From NCBI GenBank assembly GCA_023247705.1, contig JAHFFY010000002.1, positions 38,251 to 102,250 of the forward strand: a stretch of 64,000 nucleotides of DNA, written 5' to 3'. The notes below the pieces were generated by a model. It worked only from the letters and a program-made list of their open reading frames with translations, ran no database searches and was not told the origin of the DNA. Shown piece by piece: positions 57,942-64,000 of the stretch. Origin of the DNA: Candidatus Omnitrophota bacterium (lineage in GTDB: Bacteria; Omnitrophota; Gorgyraeia; Zapsychrales; JAHFFX01). The position numbers and the translations under genes are program-made. Each line of letters starts with the position of its first letter. The stretch's first letter is position 1.

Positions 57942-59627
57942 TTAAATGGTTAACGGCGGCCGGCCCGAAAGAGGCTTGACGTTAAATTTGTCGAAGATCG
58001 CCTGGATTTCTTCGTATTCGAGTTCTTCTTTCTTGAACAATTCCTGGGAGAAATGTTCGAAAAGCTCTTTATGCGCCGTCAGGACCTCGGTCACTTCCTT
58101 AAGACAGGTCTGCAAAATGTCCTGAACGTCTTCATCGAGGGTTTCCCGGGTTTTGCTGGAGACCATAAATCCTTGTTTCTCGTAACCGCGCCAGCGGTAA
58201 TCCCCGAGCAGTCCGGATTTGCCCATCCCGTAGCTCCAGACCATGTCCTGAGCAATGCTCAAAGCCGTATTGAAATCGCTCCCCGGTCCGCCCCCGACGC
58301 CACTGCTGGTGGAACCGAAGCGGATCCGCTCTGCGGCGTAGCTGGCCAGACAAATCTTGATGCGGGCCAGATAATATTCTTTGTTATACGAATAGGATTC
58401 TTCCGTCGGGCGGTGTGAAACAAATCCCAAGGCGCCCTTGCGCGGGATAATCGTTGCTTTCACCACATCGTCTTTGGGATGGATCATATACGCCAGAATG
58501 GCGTGACCGGCTTCGTGATAAGCGGTCCAGAGTTTGTCTTCCTGGGTCATGATGATATTCGATTTGTCGCCGAAGGTCACGCGGTCGTAGGCCTCGGAAA
58601 GATCTTTCATATTGATGACGGTGCGTTTGTCGCGCAGCGCGATGAGCCCGGCTTCGCGTACCATGGCATCCACGTCAGAGGGGGTAAACCAGAGCGCTCG
58701 GCGGGCAAGGATGGAGGAATTAACGGTCGGATCCGCCTGAACCCTTTTCAAATAAAAATCAAACAGGTCTTTGCGTTCTTTCAGATTCGGCCGGGTCACG
58801 TAGATCTTGCGGTCAAACCGTCCGGCGCGCATGATGGCGGAATCGAGTTCCCATTCCGAGGCGTTGGTGGCGGCGATGACGACGATATTGCTTTCGTGCT
58901 GTCTTAGACCATCGAGTTCGGTCAAAAATTGGTTGATCGTCGCGTTGTGGCTGACCGATCCTCCCCAGCCGCTGTCGGCCATGCGGGGACGCGCGAAGGA
59001 ATCGATCTCATCGATAAAGATGATGCAGCCACCCTCGATCTTGGCCAAGGCCCGGGCCTGTTTAAAAAGGGTTTTCATCTGGGCGGCGCCCTGCCCGACG
59101 AAGATTCCGACAAAATCACTCCCGACCGCCGATAACAACGGCAGGTCGCATTCGGTGGCGATCGCTTTGGCTAAATAAGTCTTTCCGCAGCCCGGTGGCC
59201 CGATCATTAACGTCCCTTTGATGATTTTGCCACCGATGATCTTAAGGAGGTGACGGTCCTTGAGGAGCTTGACGATTTCCCAGGCCTCTTTTTTGGCGCT
59301 GTCCATGCCAATGACCTCGTCCCATTTCACATTGACCTTGGCCTTGGATAATTTTTCCCGTCCGATCCGTCCCAATCCGCCGCCCTGCATGAAATAATAA
59401 TGCATCCCGAAATACAAAGGCAATTGCACAAAGGCCGTAAAAATTCCGATGACCAAAAAGAACCCCATGTAGGCGGAGATCTGTTTGCGACTGAAGGATT
59501 CCAGGGAAAAGAAATTGGTTGCCGCGGACTGCAAAAAGAAGATGATCGCGATGAATACACCGGCAAAGACGGTAATAATCAGAATCTTCAGCCAGTTCAA
59601 ATGAAGGTAGATGAGAAATCTTTTCAT
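57942..59627 (-). CDS. FtsH-like AAA+ zinc metalloprotease
   Basis: Two TMs, GPPGCGKT, IFIDEID, R.GRFDR, HEAGH. Confidence 0.92.
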   Translation of the reverse strand: MKRFLIYLHLNWLKILIITVFAGVFIAIIFFLQSAATNFFSLESFSRKQISAYMGFFLVIGIFTAFVQLPLYFGMHYYFMQGGGLGRIGREKLSKAKVNVKWDEVIGMDSAKKEAWEIVKLLKDRHLLKIIGGKIIKGTLMIGPPGCGKTYLAKAIATECDLPLLSAVGSDFVGIFVGQGAAQMKTLFKQARALAKIEGGCIIFIDEIDSFARPRMADSGWGGSVSHNATINQFLTELDGLRQHESNIVVIAATNASEWELDSAIMRAGRFDRKIYVTRPNLKERKDLFDFYLKRVQADPTVNSSILARRALWFTPSDVDAMVREAGLIALRDKRTVINMKDLSEAYDRVTFGDKSNIIMTQEDKLWTAYHEAGHAILAYMIHPKDDVVKATIIPRKGALGFVSHRPTEESYSYNKEYYLARIKICLASYAAERIRFGSTSSGVGGGPGSDFNTALSIAQDMVWSYGMGKSGLLGDYRWRGYEKQGFMVSSKTRETLDEDVQDILQTCLKEVTEVLTAHKELFEHFSQELFKKEELEYEEIQAIFDKFNVKPLSGRPPLTI

Positions 59628-60069
59628 GTGTTTTTTTCCGTTAAAAGGTTGTGTTTAATGTGATGTTCGGGCGTCAATGTCCCTGATTTCCAAATTTCCC
59701 CGGGATTGATCCCGGATGATAGACCAATGGTTGTAAGAATTTATCATAGACGAGGGAGAGGAAAATTGGATTTACTAGGCTATCACAGGATCAGGGAGAA
59801 GTAAACGAGAAATTTTGATTCGTTGGCCGGGCAGGGACATCAGCGCGACGGCTGAAGGCATCCTCTCGATGGCGACGCCGAACGCTTGGTCGGCGGTGTT
59901 ATCGCATAACCCCGCCGCTTTTCATCCCCAGAAGTGTTGGGTGAAAAATAGATGTTTTTGGCTTACGTGACGTTTGATTATTTCGATTTTATCCTTTAGA
60001 ATAAACAATCGATCTTCAAGCATCAACAGTCAACCATAGGAGGAGTAACTGCAGAGAGGAGCATTTGAC

Positions 60070-60351
60070 GTGGTCAAGGTTAACGAATATTTTGATGGGA
60101 AAGTAAAATCGTTGGTGGTCAACTCCAATGAAGGCAAAAAAACCGTCGGGGTGATGGAGCCGGGCGAGTATGAATTTGATACCGACACCCGGGAGACGAT
60201 GTCGGTCCTCGCGGGCGCGATGTCGGTGTATCTGGCTGAATACGATGAATGGGAAGAGTTCGGGCCGGGTTCTTCCTTCGACGTTCCCGCGAAGTCAAAA
60301 TTTAAAATTAAGATCGCGATGGATACCGCGTATCTTTGTGAATACAAGTAG
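60070..60351 (+). CDS. ppnP: Pyrimidine/purine nucleoside phosphorylase
   Basis: VNEYFDGKVKS...VGVM.PGEY.F.T...E.M....YLC.Y. Confidence 0.92.
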   Translation: MVKVNEYFDGKVKSLVVNSNEGKKTVGVMEPGEYEFDTDTRETMSVLAGAMSVYLAEYDEWEEFGPGSSFDVPAKSKFKIKIAMDTAYLCEYK

Positions 60352-60415
60352 GAGCCGACCTCCTCAACATTGGGTGTTGAGGAGGTTGTATTTTTGTATA
60401 TGGAGCATTTGATTT

Positions 60416-61069
60416 ATGGAAAAAAGACGAAAATACGAAACTTCAGGATTGATTGAAGATCAGTATGAGTCTGGCTCTGAAGGACGTGTTTTAAGAAATC
60501 TCTTGAAGATCAAAAGCAAGCGGGAAATGGATCGTAGAGAAGCGCAGGAGCAGTTGAGAACGTTTGAGGATGTTTCTCGACTATTTGCTGAGAATCATCG
60601 CTTTACAGCGGAAGATATTTGTCAGATTCACAAAATTTGGTTAGGTTCGATCTATCCATGGGCGGGAAAATATCGAGAGGTTAATATCAGTAAAGGCGGA
60701 TTTTCTTTTACGGCCGCCCAACAAGTGCCTGTTTTAATAGAAGATTTTGAGAAAAATGTTCTTCAGAAATTCACCCCATGCCGCTTTCAATCCGTTGAGG
60801 AAATCATTGCTGCTTTAGCGATTGTCCATACTGCATTGATTTTGATTCATCCATTTAGAGAAGGAAATGGAAGGCTGGCACGCATATTGTCGATTTTGAT
60901 GTGTTGGCAGGCGCAATTACCAACTTTGGATTTTGGTGGTATTGTTGGTCGCAGGAAAAAAGAATATTTTGCTGCGGTTCAAGCAGGAATGGCGAAAAAT
61001 TATAAACCGATGGAAGAAATTTTTAAAGCCGTTCTGAGAAGAACGTTAAAAGGCGCAACGAAAAGATAA
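60416..61069 (+). CDS. Fic family AMP-transferase
   Basis: HPFREGNGRLAR; IH......YPWAGKYR. Confidence 0.92.
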   Translation: MEKRRKYETSGLIEDQYESGSEGRVLRNLLKIKSKREMDRREAQEQLRTFEDVSRLFAENHRFTAEDICQIHKIWLGSIYPWAGKYREVNISKGGFSFTAAQQVPVLIEDFEKNVLQKFTPCRFQSVEEIIAALAIVHTALILIHPFREGNGRLARILSILMCWQAQLPTLDFGGIVGRRKKEYFAAVQAGMAKNYKPMEEIFKAVLRRTLKGATKR

Positions 61070-61071
61070 TT

Positions 61072-61257
61072 TTATTTGCGCTTGAGGGATTTGGACGATT
61101 TTTTGATCTCTGTTCGGGAAAGAGTAACGCCCTCAATAGAAGTAGAGGAAAGAACACCCGTTACAAACTGGAGATTCCGTTCTTTAGGATCACGTAGATG
61201 AGGATTGGATTTGATTAAAGGCTTATCGGATTTATGAATCATGATTAAGTATACCAT
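61072..61257 (-). CDS. Putative Fic antitoxin
   Basis: Small protein with STSIEG (S/T-x3-E-G/N) motif. Confidence 0.65.
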   Translation of the reverse strand: MVYLIMIHKSDKPLIKSNPHLRDPKERNLQFVTGVLSSTSIEGVTLSRTEIKKSSKSLKRK

Positions 61258-61322
61258 GAATCTGTTAGAGAAAATTGAAAGTTTTGATTTTTTTCCCTCT
61301 CATCCACCGACATAATTTACCC

Positions 61323-62375
61323 ATGCCTAAAAGAATAATATCATCGGTAACGACCTTCACAATTTCAACCCTTGCCTACACCCGATTCCTCACCGACCTT
61401 CGCCGCGATATGGCGCAGAGTGTCAAGACCGTCGAAGAACTTCTAGAACGCCAGAAGGTCTTGTCGTATTGGTCGATCGGACGCAAGATCAATCATTACC
61501 TCACCGCCAACGAACAGCCGCGCGGGGCGATTGGGATTTTTTATGCGAGGCTTTCGCGGGATTTGCAGGTGAATGGACGCACCCTGCAGCAGTGCGAGCA
61601 GTTTTTCCGTTATTTCCCCCAATGGAAATGGGATAAAGACCTCAAGTGGTCGCATTACCGGTTTTTGTTGACCGAACCCGACGCGGCCAAGCGCGAGCGG
61701 TGGATCGCACGGATCAAAAAAGACCGGATCCCCACCGATGAGTTACACTTGGCCCTTTTGCCTGCGATGGCCAAGAAGGATGAGGCGTCGGTGAATCTCA
61801 AAGAACCCGTTCGCGGACGGCTGTATACCTACCGCCTTTTACGCGCGGAGGACATCGAGCATTTTGACGTGCCGTGGTTTATCGATCTCGGGTTTGCCGC
61901 CCGCAAAGAAGCGCCGGACGCAAGGGGAGAGTTGAATAACAAGAATCTTTATATCTCTGAAAAGATTGAGGAGTCTTATCGTTTAAAGATCGCCGCCGAT
62001 ACTCATGCCGATCAGCTTTTTACCTTCCGCGCCAAACTCCGCCGGGTCATTGACGGCGATACGCTTTTGGTTGTCATCGATCAAGGCTTCAGTTACTGGA
62101 ACGAACAACGCCTGCGCTTAAACGCGATCGACGCCCCCGAACTCGACACCTTGCCCGGCGAACGTGCGCGCAAATGGCTCCAGGATGAACTGAAAGGTTC
62201 ACCGGACATTGTGGTGAAGACCTACAAAAGCGATCAGTGGGATCGCTATCTGGTGGATGTCTTTTATATAGAGAAGGAAACCGATATGCACCGCGTCGCC
62301 GCCAAAGGCGTGTGGCTCAACGGCCGGATGGTAGAAGAAGGGCTCGCGCGGTTGTGGAAGCGTCCGCACCAATAA
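61323..62375 (+). CDS. DUF1016 N-terminal-like domain fused to thermonuclease (SNase)
   Basis: YWSIGR.I...L.WSHYR.LL; RVIDGDT, RL..IDAPE, D.W.RYL. Confidence 0.8.
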   Translation: MPKRIISSVTTFTISTLAYTRFLTDLRRDMAQSVKTVEELLERQKVLSYWSIGRKINHYLTANEQPRGAIGIFYARLSRDLQVNGRTLQQCEQFFRYFPQWKWDKDLKWSHYRFLLTEPDAAKRERWIARIKKDRIPTDELHLALLPAMAKKDEASVNLKEPVRGRLYTYRLLRAEDIEHFDVPWFIDLGFAARKEAPDARGELNNKNLYISEKIEESYRLKIAADTHADQLFTFRAKLRRVIDGDTLLVVIDQGFSYWNEQRLRLNAIDAPELDTLPGERARKWLQDELKGSPDIVVKTYKSDQWDRYLVDVFYIEKETDMHRVAAKGVWLNGRMVEEGLARLWKRPHQ

Positions 62376-63011
62376 ATTTTTCACAAAATCATCTTTTCAG
62401 GTTATAGTCATTTCGCATCGTAGGGGCAAATATGAGTAGAGGGGAATGGCCTCCTGCCGTTTCTATTTCAAGGTAAAAAATAATTTTTATATCTTTCAGA
62501 AAGATGGTAAGGAAATCAACTATTAGAAACAAAATTGACAAAAATGGCCTTTTTAAGGGTTTGGTTTGTGTTAATGTTGTTAAGTGGAGTGATTTATACT
62601 AATATAATGGTTTATGTGTCTAATATGTGGAGTGAAAATTGTAATATAATAGATTATTGTGATTTAATTTCCCATTTAATGTCGTTATTTTGAAACTGTT
62701 TTTTGAGCCATTTTTCCTAAAAATACACTTTTTGGCTAAAAATGGATCTGATCGGCGCTCTAAACGCATACGGCTTTGATAGTGTTATTTGATATCCAGG
62801 CGTTTTTATGATCCAAATTTTCATCCGGGATTCTTCCTTAATATATATCAAACCAATCAAATCTTTCAGCTTGCCCTTGGCCCGCGAACACTTTATAAAG
62901 ACTGCGAGATTTGATGTCCCATGAAATCTCATTGACTTTAAAATTAAACTATGTTAACTTGTCCTCTATCTTTTTAATCCGAAGCTAACTCATTTAATAT
63001 TAAAATTATAA

Positions 63012-64000
<989 letters not shown>

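Noticed and set aside
62400-63000. Replication origin
   Set aside because: AT-rich, but no cluster of DnaA boxes (TTATCCACA) seen

Overview
Chromosomal window from a diderm bacterium, probably Candidatus Omnitrophota/PVC group (inferred from gene content, not from a marker analysis). The housekeeping backbone is mnmG, cysK, thiS-G-H-F, a speD-like gene, leuS, comEA, comEC, bamD, lptE, holA, rpsT, murJ, uvrC, prfB (+1 frameshift), secA, lnt, an lpxL-like gene, tRNA-Phe, tRNA-Thr, purN, an ftsH-like gene, ppnP and eno. A glycan-related cluster with a LacI regulator sits at the left end. The most striking element is a ~10 kb block between comEA and comEC. It encodes a secreted protein with four apparent histone-fold repeats fused to an FG-GAP/ASPIC-UnbV beta-propeller, followed by an ECF sigma, a zinc-finger anti-sigma and a membrane-anchored caspase-like (CHAT)-TPR protein. 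Other signals: a SAM decarboxylase with no canonical start codon (ATT start overlapped by a uORF stop, structured leader); an unannotated 26-aa bL37-like peptide; two tRNAs sharing an A18/G55 swap; a Fic gene with a convergent antitoxin next to a DUF1016N-thermonuclease fusion; a PilT paralog lacking its catalytic Glu; and several palindromic/MITE-like elements, one of which splits a gene. All calls are by eye, without database searches.
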